Assembly (NCBI GenBank): GCA_038087875.1
Contig: CM075989.1
Location: 8,992,001 to 9,056,000 of the forward strand
Reading direction: 5' to 3'
Length of the DNA: 64,000 nucleotides
From: Malacoraja senta
Lineage: Eukaryota
Shown one piece after another: positions 11,821 through 24,819 of the stretch (the first letter of the stretch is position 1; every line of letters begins with the position of its first letter). A program made the position numbers and the translations under genes. The notes under the pieces are model-generated. The model had not been told where the DNA came from and did no database searches. It was given only the letters and a program-made list of their open reading frames with translations.

Positions 11821-12534
11821 TTACGAAACTGACCTCCAAGCTGGGGCAGCACAGTGGCGCAGTGGTAGAGTTGCTGCCTCACAGCACCGGAGACCCGGGT
11901 TCGATCCTGACTATGGATGCTGTCCGCATGGAGACCCAAAGTGAAAGTTATGGTTCAGCACTGAAACAGCCAAGTGCACTCCCTTACCAGAGGGTCACCT
12001 CCACATGAGTTACACGTCACCCATTCCTTCTCGCCAGAGACGTTGCCTTTCCCGCTGAGTTACTCCAGCTTTTTATGTCTATCACACCACAAGCCCAGTA
12101 TCACATCAATGCCCGACATATAGTCATTGGACCAGGCTTCACATCTGGACCATACTAAAATATCGTCATTGACATTCAGCAAACTTGCATTGCTCAGCAT
12201 GGATTCCTACAGAGCATAAGAGTGGTTAGTTTGGTTTAGCTTAATGTCACGTGTACCGAAGTACAGTGAAAAGCTTGTCGTTGCGAGCTAACCAGTCAGC
12301 GAAAAGACTACATGATGACAATCGAGCTGTCCACACGTACAGGTACATGATAAAGGAAATTATGTTTACTGCAAGATAAAGTCCAGCAAAGTCTGATTAC
12401 AGATAGTTTGACGGTATCTCAAGCTGTTGACAGGATGGGTTCCCAGAGAGGATGGTGTTTCCCATTGTACACAATGCCTAATATCTGACTTGCACCTCGG
12501 CCAAGGTCAGACTAATCCCTCCCCCCTTTACTTT

Positions 12535-12850
12535 TAGTTTAGTTTCATTTAGTGATACAGTGCGGAAACAGGCCCTTCAGCCCACTGAGTCCACGCCGAG
12601 CTGCGATCACCAGATACACTAATACTATCCCACACACTAGGGACAATTTACAATTCTTACTGAAGCCAATTAACCTACAAACCAATACGTCTTTGATGTG
12701 AGGGAGGAAACCGGAGCACATGGGGAAATCCCACATGGTCACAGGGAGAACGTGAAAACTCTGTACGGACAGGAGCCATAGTCAGGATGGAACCCAGGTC
12801 ACTGGCGTTGTAAGGCAGCAACTCTACCGCTGCACCACCATGCTGCCCTT
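12535..12850 (-). mobile_element. V-SINE (HE1-like)
   Basis: Full head-to-tail match to the other copies. Confidence 0.85.
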
Positions 12851-12924
12851 ACTCTATCAAGATCTTAGAATCTCTGGACATGGGTTATATTTTCCTTCAG
12901 GGAGAAGGTTCGTGAATACTGAAT

Positions 12925-13270
12925 ACTTGATTGTCATGTGTGACACGTCACAGTGAAATTCTTTACTTGCATCCCCAAGGCATGCAAATAGGCAACCCCC
13001 CCTCGCGTCGGTCCCCATTGTACTTCCCCCCATCCTCTCGGCTGTCCCCCCCACGCAGGGTCCCCATTGTTGCTCCCCCCGGCAGCGGCGTCCTCACTTC
13101 CACGTGGTCTGTCCTCGCCTGTCGGTTGGCGCCATCATCGACCGCCGCACCGACCTCTCCACTATCGCCGACCCCGGCCCCAGCCACGGGCTCCGTCGAC
13201 TTCATCGGCCACGGGCTCCGACCCGCGAGCCTCCGACCCCCGACGGTATACGGGTACGAAGGGTTTAGAG
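12925..13270 (-). mobile_element. GC-rich non-autonomous retroposon with Rex1/Babar-like tail
   Basis: Tail TTTGCAT.CC.TTGGG.TGCAAGTAAAGAATTTCACTGTGAC.TGTCACA.ATGACAAT, also seen on + at ~56040-56345. Confidence 0.55.
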
Positions 13271-14321
13271 GGACATCTGGTTCAGGCCTTAAGATGAAAC
13301 CTGATCGCAGAGGTTGGTGTGAGATCCAGCAGCCTTGTCTACAAGTCTGGCCTGCCTTGCTCACAGCTTCTAACACTCGAACCTTTGCTCCCTGTTTGTC
13401 GACCCATCTACGGTTGACCCATGTACTCTGTTGGGTTCTGAGTGACTTTGAGCAGTTTCCTTGCTGAACAGAAGGATTGTGGGCCTGGACATTCCACCTC
13501 CCCCCCCCCCCCCCCCCCCACAAGTACAGAATGGATGTGGAAGGTGCAAAAAATTAGATTGTTAACAGCTGAGAGATCACTGCAGAGAAACTCTGGGCAG
13601 GCTCGATTATTTTCCTTGGAGAACAGAAGGCGGTCAAAGAGAGATTGTTAAAACTTCGATGGTGTTTATCTGGGAGATGCCAGAGTTGTGAGCAGGTCAG
13701 GGAAGGACAATTAGCAGCGTCTATTTCAGGATAACTCGATTCAAAAGTGCTGGAGTGACTCAGTGGGTCGAGCAGCATCTCTGGGAGACGAGGGCAGCCT
13801 GTTTCTGTGCTTCGGCAGCGGGCCGAGGTGTTGGCTAATCTGCTGTGAGAGCCGTCAACGTCGGCAGTGGCAAACAAAATAACTCTGGAGCTGCCTTTGG
13901 CAGGCTACGTCCTGCTTCCTGCTTGCCAGTTACAGTAGCAAACGCCTGAAAACAACTTTGACACCGCGCAGGCAGGGACAACTCCAGGGTTTACTCGTTG
14001 AAGGTGACCTCCATTTGACCCAAGCCCTGACACGAAAGATGTAGACACGAGGAACTCCGTAGGCGGGTTTTACAAAAAAAAAAAAGACACAGCATGCTGG
14101 AGTAACTCAGCGGGTGGGGCAGCATTGCTGGAGAACGTGGATAGGTGACGTTATGGGTCGGGACCCTTCTACAAGGTCCCCTCATACCAGATGATGACCA
14201 GCCTCCAATCACATTGTCCCCGCTGGGATCAGGTCAGAGGGATGAGGAGCAAGAAGAGATCTCGCTGAGATACCCTTCCCTTTGACCAGGTACGAGCTGC
14301 GATGAGCTTCATGTACAATTA

Positions 14322-14677
14322 AGGGCCTGTCCCACTGTACGAGGAATTCACGAGTTCTCCCGAGTTTTCCCCTGATTCGAACTCGGAGAATGTCCATAGC
14401 GGGTCCGTAGGAGTTCGTGGATGTCCCGTAGCGGCTCGTACGAGTAAAAAGTAACAATCTTTTTCATCACGAGTATTTTTTTACTCGTGGGCATTTTTCA
14501 CAGTGTTGAAAAAATGTCACGTGTTTACCGGATTTCCCGAGTACCTACCGTTACTCGTACGAGCCGTTACGAGACATCCACGAACTCCTACGGACCCGCT
14601 ACGGACATTCTCCGAGTTCGAATCAGGGGAAAACTCGGGAGAACTCTTGAATTACCTCGCACAGTGGGACAGGCCCT
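14322..14677. mobile_element. PIF/Harbinger MITE (CACGAG-rich, long foldback)
   Basis: TIR AGGGCCTGTCCCACTGT.CGAGG.AATTCA.GAGTTCTCCCGAGTTTTCCCCTGATTCGAACTCGGAGAATGTCC mirrored at the right end; TTA/TCA flanks. Confidence 0.92.
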
Positions 14678-15627
14678 TCATCAGTTTTATGAGCACTTGC
14701 TTCAGAGTGGCTGAAAACGGCGATGACAATTTAAAGACATTTCACAGACCGTAACCAATTTAGCATTTTGTAGCTTTTATTTCTGAGTTGATAGCTCTGC
14801 TAGTTTATGGTGCCATGTGTGTGGGCAGCGTGTCCAAATACAAGCATGGATGGTATGTGTCAGCTGGCTGTTTGTCAATAGGGGGATTCGGAGTCAATCC
14901 TCTCTCATCCATCGATTCCGTGGAGGTCCCTGGATGATAATCAGATGCGGCTAATTTAATCTCTGTTTACCCAAGAGGGGGGCAGCCAATTGTAGCGGCA
15001 ACCACCACTTGTTTTGCTAAAAGTCGACTTAGAATCAGACCATGGGGATAGAGGTTCAGTGAGGAGTTGTGCAAGAACAGCTTACCGCAGCAGCACGCCG
15101 TGTACTCATTCAAATAGGAAACCATTGTTCAACTGCTATTTATTCGCACCTACTTTCATGCAACTCCCATCCCAAACTCTGCTGATGTTGACTTGATCTA
15201 CAGAGAATAAAGACACAGGGAAGTGCAGATGTTGGGACCTTGAGCAAAACACAAAGGGCTGGAGGAACTCAGCGGGTCAGGCAGCATCCGCGGAGGAAAT
15301 GGACGGATGATTTGTCGGGTTTGCGATCCTTCTTCACACTGATAGTGGTACTGGGGAAGAGGGGTGGAGAAGTTGAGACGTTTGTAATCACGTCAGCAGT
15401 TTGAAGTAAGAAGATCCAGAGAGGGTAATAATAATAATAATAGATTTTATTTATACAGCTGGAGATAAGGAGGAGAAATGATGGAGACGGGAGAAGGGTT
15501 TCCCACGAGTGAGTGAGTGAGGGCTCCTTGCCAGAGAAATAGACCCCAAGGCGGAGGTGACAGTAGAAGAGCTCAACATCATGGTGAGGTCAACATCATG
15601 GTGAGCTCCAACATTGGAGCTCTCTCC

Positions 15628-16720
15628 CACCCCTCACCCATCACCCCTCACCCCTCACCCCTCACCCATCACCCCTCACCCATCACCCCTCACCCATCAC
15701 CCCTCACCCATCACCCCTCACCCATCACCCCTCACCCATCACCCATCACTCCTCACCCATCACCCCTCACCCATCACCCCTCACCCATCACCCCTCACCC
15801 CTCACCCATCACCCCTCACCCATCACCCCTCATCTATCACCTCACCCATCACCCCTCACCCATCACCCCTCACCCATCACCCATCACCCATCACCCATCA
15901 CCCATCACCCATCACCTATCACCCATCACCCCTCACCCATCACCCACCTATCACCCATCACCCCTCACCCATCACCCCTCACCTATCACCCATCACCCAT
16001 CACCCCTCACCCATCACCCCTCACCCATCACCCATCACCCATCACCCCTCACCCATCACCCCTCACCCATCACCCCTCACCCATCACCCCTCACCCCTCA
16101 CCCCTCACCCCTCACCCATCACCCCTCACCCATCACCCCTCACCCATCACCCCTCACCCATCACCCCTCACCCATCACCCCTCACCCATCACCCCTCACC
16201 CATCACCCCTCACCCATCACCCCTCACCCATCACCCCTCACCCCTCACCCATCACCCCTCACCCATCACCCCTCACCCATCACCTATCACCTATCACCCA
16301 TCACCCCTCACCCATCACCCATCACCCATCACCCATCACCCCTCACCCATCACCCCTCACCCATCACCCCTCACCCATCACCTATCACCCCTCACCCCTC
16401 ACCCATCACCCATCACCCCTCACTCCTCACCCATCACCCCTCACCCATCACCCCTCACCCCTCACCCATCACCCCTCACCCATCACCCCTCACCCATCAC
16501 CTATCACCTATCACCCATCACCCCTCACCCCTCACCCATCACCCCTCACCCATCACCCCTCACCCATCACCCCTCACCCATCACCCCTCACCCCTCACCC
16601 ATCACCCCTCACCCCTCACCCATCACCCCTCACCCCTCACCCATCACCCCTCACCCATCACCCATCACCCATCACCCATCACCCATCACCCATCACCCAT
16701 CACCCATCACCCATCACCCC
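15628..16720. repeat. 7-bp tandem array (CACCCAT/CACCCCT/CACCTAT)n, ~1.1 kb
   Basis: Direct reading; the H/P-rich ORFs 15517..16725 and 15614..16828 are its translation. Confidence 0.97.
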
Positions 16721-17515
16721 TCTGAAGATCAGAAACTGTTTCTGATCTCCAGAGGGGCTGAGATAGAGGTTGTAATAAACGCAGATGCAATCCACGAGTG
16801 GAGCGACAGGAGGCTGCAAAAGTGGTGAATTCCTATCCAGGGAGAGAGTTGGGGAAGGGACATCTATTCAACAGGCAACATCAGCAGAGAGAGAGAAACG
16901 AGAGCTAATGTTACAGGCTGCTGACCCTTCACCCAAACTGGAGACTGTGGATACATTGTGCCTCAAGTCTCACCTCTTTGCATGTTGGCCATTATGCACC
17001 GCAGGATGTGGACATCACCGGCAGGGCAACATCTACTGCCTGCCGCTAATTGTCCTTGAGAAGATGATAGTGAGCCATCTTTGTGAGCCTCCTTCATCTT
17101 CGTGAGCATTCCCTCTGGATTGACAGTATCTTGCTTCCTCCCTGCGTCTGTCGGTCCCAAGGTGGCTGATGAGGTCCATATGGGAAGCACAGACCCTTCT
17201 ACAGGTTGGCTGGGGGCGTGGGCGGTGGGATGGGTGAGTGAGAAGTTTAACTCAAGACTTTTGTGTGCTCCTGATACAAGTTCTCAACACCATCCTAAAG
17301 GTTAGGTGTGCGGGCAGGAGCTGGGGTCTGGGAATGTGTTTGGATTTGTAGACAGAGAGCAAGGGCGCATATCCCAGGTGGCATTTACCTCTGCGTCCAC
17401 CAGTGCAGTGAAGGCATACCAACAATGAGTAGGAATCCCATGATTTAGACCCAGAGATGGTGGAGGGAATGGATGCATCTCCAAGTCTGGATGGTGTATG
17501 ACTTTGAGAGGAACC

Positions 17516-17788
17516 CTTTTTTTTTTAAATTTCAAAATAGACTTTATTCAAGTAATAAATATATACAATACGTGAACCGTGTGAAAAATGTCATCCGACA
17601 TTTTCGGAGGCTATACAAATTGTTCAATGCAGTTAATACATTTTTTCAAATTCCACAGATCCGTCCCCCACCCGTGCCACTCATGTGGCCCCCTGCCGTG
17701 GGATACCTTCCCTTATTTTGAGGGGCGTCTCCACCATACCGTGCCCCCCATGTCCAGCAGTGGAAGGACCTTAGACTGTGGCCCTCCC
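17516..17788 (-). mobile_element. Poly(A)-tailed non-LTR 3' end (L1/Tx1-like)
   Basis: Minus strand ends AATAAAGTCTATTTTGAAATTT(A)n; clade assignment is tentative. Confidence 0.45.
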
Positions 17789-18620
17789 GGTTGCCAAACA
17801 CTTTAACTCCCCTTCCCATTCCCACACTACCTGGGCCTCCTCCACTGTCAGAGTGAGGCCAAATGCAAATTGGAGGAACAGCACCTCATATGTCGCCTGG
17901 GCAGCTTACAACCCAGCGGTATGATTTTGATTTTTCTAACTTCAAGTAACCCTTGCATTCCCTCTCTCTCCGTCCTTCAGCCAGCCGAGTCATCGTACTA
18001 ATTTCACTGTCGTCCTGTTGAGTTTCACTGTCTGTATAACTCATTATCACCTACCCCACAGCCAACAATGGACCATTGTGGGCTCCACTTTTCCTTGATC
18101 ATCATTACTTTTTGCCTATGTATCTCCAATTCATTTGTTCTATATCTCTCTATATCGCCGTTTATATCTCTCGTTTCCCTTTCCCCTGACTCTCAGACTG
18201 CAGAAGGGTCTCGACCCAAAACGTCATCTATTCCTTCTCTCCTGAGATGCTGTCCCACTAAAAGCCTTGTCCCACTGTACGAGTTAATTCAAAGAGTTCT
18301 CCTGAGTTTGCCCTGATTCGAACTTGGAGATTTACGGTAATGGCCGCTCGTCGGTACTCGGGGCTCTCGTGGACATTTTTCAACATGTTGAAAAATCTTC
18401 ACGAGTCTTTCCCGAGCTTACCTGCCGTTAGCGAGTTTTCCCGAGTACCTGCCGTTAGCGTTACGAGCCGCTAAGAGACGTCCCCGAGCTCCGACGTACC
18501 CGCTACGTTCATTCTCCGTGATTACCACGAGTTTTTTTTAAACTCGGGAGAGCTCTTGAATGAACTCGCATCGTGGGACAGGGCCTTGACCCGCTGAGTT
18601 ACTCCAGCATTTTGTGTCTT
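17788..18620 (+). mobile_element. Penelope (Neptune) 3' fragment, interrupted by a Harbinger MITE
   Basis: Translates VAKHFNSPSHSH..LGLLHCQSEAKCKLEEQHLICRLGSLQPSGM (GIY-YIG end), then pLTR with a degenerate hammerhead core at ~18198. Confidence 0.85.
18262..18586. mobile_element. PIF/Harbinger MITE
   Basis: AAGCCTTGTCCCACT...GTGGGACAGGGCCT; central perfect palindrome ATTTTTCAACATGTTGAAAAAT (18375-18396). Confidence 0.85.
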
Positions 18621-18905
18621 TCTGCAGGTGATCCCCTGTGCCCATTGGGCTTATTTCTCAAGGCAGCAGAAGTTGCCAATTTGGAAAGTGCTGATGGAAT
18701 AGCCTGGCCCCACTTCTGCAGTACACTTTTCTTGCATTATCACCCTTTTGCTGCATCAGCAATTCTTCTGTAATCAACTGCATTGCAAACCTCTTCCCTG
18801 CTCTTTCATTTTCTCCAATTAACTACCAACTTTGTACTTGCCTGAACCTCTCAAAATGCCTGTCATCTTCCTTTTACTGCACAATGTTGCCGGGTTGAAA
18901 AGTTA

Positions 18906-19116
18906 AGGGCCTGTCCCACTTGGGCGTCAGTTGCGCGTCACGCAGGTGGCGCGCGAAGATTTTGTGAATCCCAAAATCCTGGGGCATCGCGCGCGACTGC
19001 GCGTCATTGCCGACGTCACCACGCCTCACCATGCGCGATGCTCGCATCACGACGCGCGTGTGGTGCGTCGTGACGCGTGAATGACACGCAAATGACGCCC
19101 AAGTGGGACAGGTCCT
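18906..19116. mobile_element. PIF/Harbinger MITE (TGACGC-rich subfamily)
   Basis: TIR AGGGCCTGTCCCACTTGGGCGTCA; TTA TSD on both sides. Confidence 0.92.
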
Positions 19117-20182
19117 TTAATTCTCTTTCTCTGTGCCAGTGCTGCCTGATTTGCTGAGTGCCTCCAGCATTTTTTCGGCATTTTATTGGTAAATTTGGCT
19201 TGACTGCAACTATTGTTCAAGCTCAAGCACAAGGAAACCCTGCCGTGATAATCGGTGGAACAAACTGTCAATAAGTTGCTCTTTACATCAGTAAACAAGT
19301 GTGGCCAAAGATTGCCCCAATTGTTCAGAGCAGCCTTCAGCACTCTTGTGGCTCAGCATGTCTTAGTGTGGAACAAAATGGCTCCCCATCTGATCCAAGC
19401 TTTGCTTCACCCCAAGCCATCTAAGACTACATACATGGAGATCAAAAGGACTGCAAATGCTGCAAATTCTAGAATAATTAGCAGTTCAGGCTGCAACTGT
19501 GGGAAAAAAAATAGTCAAAGAAACTTGTCACATCTACACGGAGGTTGAAAGACCTGCTTCAAAGTTATACTTAACCTTTAGTTGGATTTCTTCCATTGCC
19601 ATCTCTTCCCTCTTCCCGATACCCCTGAGAACAGGAGGGATATGGAGGCATTGGAGAGGGTACTCTTTGGATTATAAAGTATTAGCTATAAGGTGAGTTT
19701 GTACAAACTTGAACTGTTGTCTCTGGAGCGTCGGAGGCTGAGAGATGACCTAATCGAAATATATAAAATTAGGAGCGGCATATATAGAGTAGATATTCAG
19801 AACCTTTCTCCTCGGGTGGAAATGTTAAATGTGAGCGAGCATAGCTTTAAGGTGAGAGGGGAAAGGGACGGAGAGAGAGGGGTTGCCCAATGACAAGGGT
19901 CTCTCTCCATCCCTCCCCACCCTAGTTGTTGTACTAGTTTCACACGTGTCCTGGTGACTTTCATTGTCTGTATAACTTGTTTTCACCTAGCCACAGCTAA
20001 CAATGGGCAGTTTCCTTGATCATTGTTACTTTTTTGCATATCTCTCATTTCTTTGTTCTATATCTCTCTGTATCGCCATCTAAATGTGTAGTTTCCCTTC
20101 CCCCTGGACTCTCTGTCTGAAGAAGGGTCTGAACACAAAATATAATCACCAGGCTTATTTACACCCACTGTCAGGACCACAA

Positions 20183-21432
20183 GTTACAGGAGTAGAATTA
20201 GGCCATTCGGCCCATCGAGTCTACTCCATCATTCAATCATGAGTGATCTCTGCCTCTTAATCCCATTTTTCCTGCCTTTCTAATCAAGAATTTGTCTATC
20301 TCTGCCTTAAAAATATCCACTGACTTGGCCTCCACAGCCCTCTGTGGCAATGTGTTCCATAGACTAACTACCCTCTGACTAAAGTTCCTCCTCACCTTTC
20401 TATAAGAGTGCCCTTTAAATATCAGGCTATGACCTCTGGTCCTAGACTCTCCCACCCTTTCCACATCCATTCGATCCATGCCTTCTGTTATTCTGTATGT
20501 GTCAATGAGGTCCCCCCTCAACCTTCTAAACTCCAGCGAGTACAGGCCCAGTGCTGTCAAACACTCATTATTACGCTAACCCACTCATTCCTGGAATCAT
20601 TCTTGCAAACCTCCTCTGGACCCTCTCCAGAGCCAGCACGTCCTTCCTCCGATATGGGGCCCTGATTTGCTCACAGTACTCCAAATGTGGCCTGACCTGT
20701 GCCTTATAGAGCCTCAGCATTACATCTCTGTTTTTGTATTCCAGTCCTCTTGATATAAATGCTAGCATTGAATTTGCTTTCCTTACTGCCGATTCGACTT
20801 GCAAATTAGCTTTATAGAAGTCCTGCACCAGCACTCCCAAGTCCCTTTGCACCTCGGATTTCTGGATTCTCTCTCCATTTAGAAAATAATCTACGCCTTT
20901 ATTCTTATCACCAAAATGCCTGACTCCGCACTTTGCTATACTGAATTTCATCTGCCACTTCTCAGCCCACTCTCCTAACCTGTCCAAGTCCTTCTGCAGA
21001 GCCCTTGCTTCCACTACACACCCTGCCCCTCCACCTACCTTAGCATCATCTGCAAACCTGGCCACGAAGCCTTCAATTCCCTTATCCAAATCATTAATAT
21101 ACAACGCGAAGAGAAGCGGCCCCAATACCGATCCTTGCGGAACTCCACCAGTCACTGGCAGCCAACCTGAAAAGGCGCCTTTTAGTGCAACTCTTTGCCT
21201 TCTGCCATCCAGCCAGCCCGCTATCCATGCTGGTATCTTCCCTTTAATACAATGGGCTCTCATCTTCCCAGCAGGCTGAAGTGTGCGGCACCTTATCGAA
21301 GGCCTACTGAAAATCTAGAGAAACAACATCTGTTTGTGTTGCTAGTAACTTCCTCAAAGAACTCTAGCAGATTCATCAGGCAAGATCTTCCCTTCACAAA
21401 ACCATGCTGACTTCGGCCTATTTTACCATGAG
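20183..21432 (-). mobile_element. 5'-truncated CR1 LINE with RT remnant (ORF 20571..21263)
   Basis: GVPQGSVLGPLLF.LYINDL, FADDAK and RPHLEYC motifs; frameshifted continuation in ORF 20237..20560; CR1 3' UTR. Confidence 0.95.
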
Positions 21433-22330
21433 CACATCAGAGGAGAATCCTACTGTCATCTCCTGTCCCACACAAGTAGATATGCAAACAGGAATCATCT
21501 TTCATAAGAAGTACACATAAGAAAGACGACATAAGGATGCAATTGGTCTGACAAATGGAGAAGGCATCTACGATGATTCTGAATTTGTAACAAATCCTTA
21601 TTGAGACCTGAGGATTTATCAACCCTAATCCTATCGCATTGCTAATAAAATAAATGATTGCATATTCATAGAGGAAGAGCTTTCTAACAGGTGATTTGAG
21701 AAAATGATCTATCCAATTGCTAAAGTATTTGCAAGTACTCTTGACTTAATATGAGAGGGGATTGTAATCTGAGAACTGAATTCCAACAGGCCAAATCATT
21801 TTCCATTGACTGACACATCATTTTGAATCCAGATGTAGCACTTGAAAGCATAACCCTGAGTCAAGACGTAATATTTTCCTTGAATGTTTCCAGTGCTCTC
21901 TGTAATAAATACTGGCAACTTGCTCTAAGCTTACATAATTAAGTAGCGGTAGATGTTAATCCATCATTGTCGGGCCTGTTGCTGCAGAAGCATCATTTCA
22001 TGAATGAGTGCTTTATCAAAATGAAACACTGGTTTGTTTACACATTAGTTTCACTAACACCGGGAAATGGTCTCCTCACTGTAGCTCTGGTGCTCATTAG
22101 TAAATATGCTGTCCTTCAATCAGTAGCATGCACAGTGTCAAAAAGTGAAATCAAACTCCCAGCGCCTAGTCCAGGAGATAATATGGACCAAATGTTGTCC
22201 ATAAAGTCCCTAATGTTCCCAAGGGTGTGAGATTTGCTTTGGTCAGGAGCCGATTCAGTATCCCTCTGACAGTCAGCTCCCATTATGCCAGCAGGCTGCA
22301 TCTACCAGAACCCCCTCCCCTCTAAAGAAA

Positions 22331-22980
22331 GGGGCGGCACGGTGGCGCGGTGGTAGAGTTGCTGCCTCACAGCGCCAGACCTGAGTTCGATCCTGACTAC
22401 GGGTGCTGTCTGTACGGACTTTGTACGTTCTCCCTGTGACCGCGTGGGTTTTCTCCGGGTGCTCTGGTTTCCTCCCACACTCCAAAGACGTACAGGTTTG
22501 TAGGTAAATTGGCTTCGGTAAAATGTGTAAATTATCTCCAGTGTGTAGGATAGCGTTAGTTTTAATTTTTTAGTTTTAAGTTTTAGTTTCAGAGATACAG
22601 CACGGAAACAGGCCCTTCGGCCCACCGGGTCCGCGCCGACCAGCGATCCCCACACATTAACACTATCCTACACCCACTTGGGACAATTTTTACATTTACC
22701 AAGCCAATTAACCTACAAACCTGTACGTCTTTGGAATGTGGGAGGATATCGAAGATCTCGGAGAAAACCCACGCAGGTCACGGGTAGAACATACAAACAC
22801 TGTACAGAAAGCACCCGTAATTGGGATCGAACCCGGGTCTCCGGCGCTGCATTCACTGTAAGGCAGCAACTCTACCGCTGCGTCACCGTGACTGCCGTTA
22901 GTGTACGGGTGACCGCTGGTCAGCGTGGACTCGCTGGGCTGAAGGGCCTGTTTCCACACTGTATCTCAAGTCTAAAGTTT
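22331..22980. mobile_element. Nested V-SINEs: a minus-strand copy (22561-22895) inside a plus-strand copy
   Basis: The plus copy resumes after the insert; CGTTAGT is duplicated at 22554-60 and 22896-902. Confidence 0.85.
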
Positions 22981-23987
22981 AAAGAACCATCCAATGCCCA
23001 ATCCAACCCCACTCTCATGCAGTGTAACCCCAAGTTCCCTGATTCTCTGCAGTCAGCTGAGGTTAAATTTAGACACTACCTCCTGTTTAGGAGGAAATCC
23101 AAGTAGCCCATGGGAAATTTTAAAATGAAATGCCTTTGAATGAAATATGGACAGACAGCCCTGGGTAAGACAGGTCCACACTCTTTGTTCCTGAAGAAAC
23201 AGGGAACAGCACTAACTGGGACACGACCTGACCTGCTGAGTTATTCCAGCACCTTGTGTCTTTTTTTGTAAACCGGCATCTGACGTTCCTTGCTTTTATG
23301 TTTCAGCACTAATGGGGGCTCTGAGCATTCCTGGCGAAGGCCAATAGATTGTTGATTAAGTGCAACTTTTAGCCATCTTTTAACCAGTCCACAGCCTATC
23401 CTGAGAGCCCATTTGTGTTCTGGTACGGTTTGATTAGGGGAAAGGTACTTCGGTCAATTTCTCTGGGCCTTGAATCGAGGCGTGCAGCATGAATTAATCG
23501 CCCCTTCCATATCAGCAATGGCTGAGATACATCAATTGCTCTAAATGCAGGCAGAGGAGAAACTAGCCTGCCCAAGTGGGAATGTTATAAGAACATGAGG
23601 GGAAATGAATTGGGAAGGTGAGGATTTTAATGTAATGCAACTAATTGAAGTCAGATTTAGGGGGTGATGCATGTTATCATTTATTGTATATTTATTTGTT
23701 GCGTTGTTGCATTTAAAGCTGCAGTAAGCATGTCATCATTCTGGTCCTGGTGCATATGACAATTCAACTCTCTCTCTCTCCCTCTATCATCCCCTCTGCC
23801 TTGCTCTCTCCTTTCTATGGTCATCATTGAATGGTGATCTCAACCATTCGCTGTGGGGGGTGAGCATGAGTATAGAAGTGTGGAGACGGTCGCTTCAATT
23901 CAGTAGAAAGACTTTTAATTGCTCTTTTTGAAAGTTTCGCCCCTCGATACAGTCACCCCCCATACCCTTTCATGCTTCACACCCACT

Positions 23988-24124
23988 TCTTCGTCTTTCA
24001 TGTGGCGTGCACAGCCTAAAGTTGCTGGACAACTTGTTCTATTTGATCTTCCGTTTGTGCACGTCGAGTTGATTGCATTAGTCGAAACAGGGCGGACCAT
24101 GTGAAGGTTGCAATCTTCCACCCC
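23988..24124 (-). mobile_element. ~137-bp retroposon headed by a minimal HDV-like ribozyme (copy 1)
   Basis: 12-bp TSD TTCACACCCACT (23976-87 and 24125-36); GAA-rich tail; second copy at 26031-26173. Confidence 0.88.
24071..24124 (-). ncRNA. Putative minimal HDV-like self-cleaving ribozyme (54 nt)
   Basis: GGGGTGG-AA-GATTGCA-ACC-TTCACAT-GGT-CCGCCCT-GTTTCGA-CTAA-TGCAATC: P1 7 bp with G1.U wobble, P2 7 bp, P3 3 bp, CPEB3-like L3, catalytic C in J4/2. Confidence 0.8.
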
Positions 24125-24819
24125 TTCACACCCACTGAAGTGTCCTCACCGTGATAAGGCACAGTTGCCAGATTTGATTGCAAAGACTTGTGGCAATACT
24201 GTGATGCGATCTCTTGCCAACTAATCCCAGCTCTGCACTCTGCCCAATAAGTCCGTTTTCACATCACCTCACCTTTCATGACTAGATGGAAAAACAAAGA
24301 GGACCTTCATGTCCTGATTGCCTCAGCATGCTCAGTCAGTTTCTCATATTCACTCACATTGTATAGCAGAATAGCCAAGAAATTAAGTGAACGTTGCTCC
24401 ATTAAACAAAGGAATTTGTAGAGAGGCAAGCACCATTTCATGGTATACCTCCTCCCACACTGGCAATCTGGGTCTAGACCCTTCCACACTAAAAAATGCT
24501 TCAGCAACACAGAAATAATCTGGTCACATGCTCAATTCCTTAAAGTGGTACACACCCAGTGACAAAAAACACAGGTGGTACACCAATTGGATGATATTAG
24601 ACAGGAAGTAACAAACAGGAAGTAACTCCACTCTCCTGACCAAGTCCAAAATTACTGGAGGTAAGTAACCTGAACAGAATATTTTAAACCCCATGTTTTA
24701 ATGCTATCTAAGTTCTCCTGGGATTCACATACAGCCTTGGCCTGGGGGATTGGCTCTGTGTTGGAAGGTTATTAACTGGGATGGAATCTGTTAAGTATGT
24801 ATGTGAAGATTTTGTCAAT

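Noticed and set aside
11121..11824. Kolobok/piggyBac (TTAA) classification of the AGGGCCTGTCCCAC MITEs
   Set aside because: Copies at 9655, 18906 and 26195 show 3-bp TTA/TAA duplications, which fits PIF/Harbinger
15517..16828. ~400-aa His/Pro-rich ORFs
   Set aside because: Translation of the 7-bp tandem repeat; open in more than one frame
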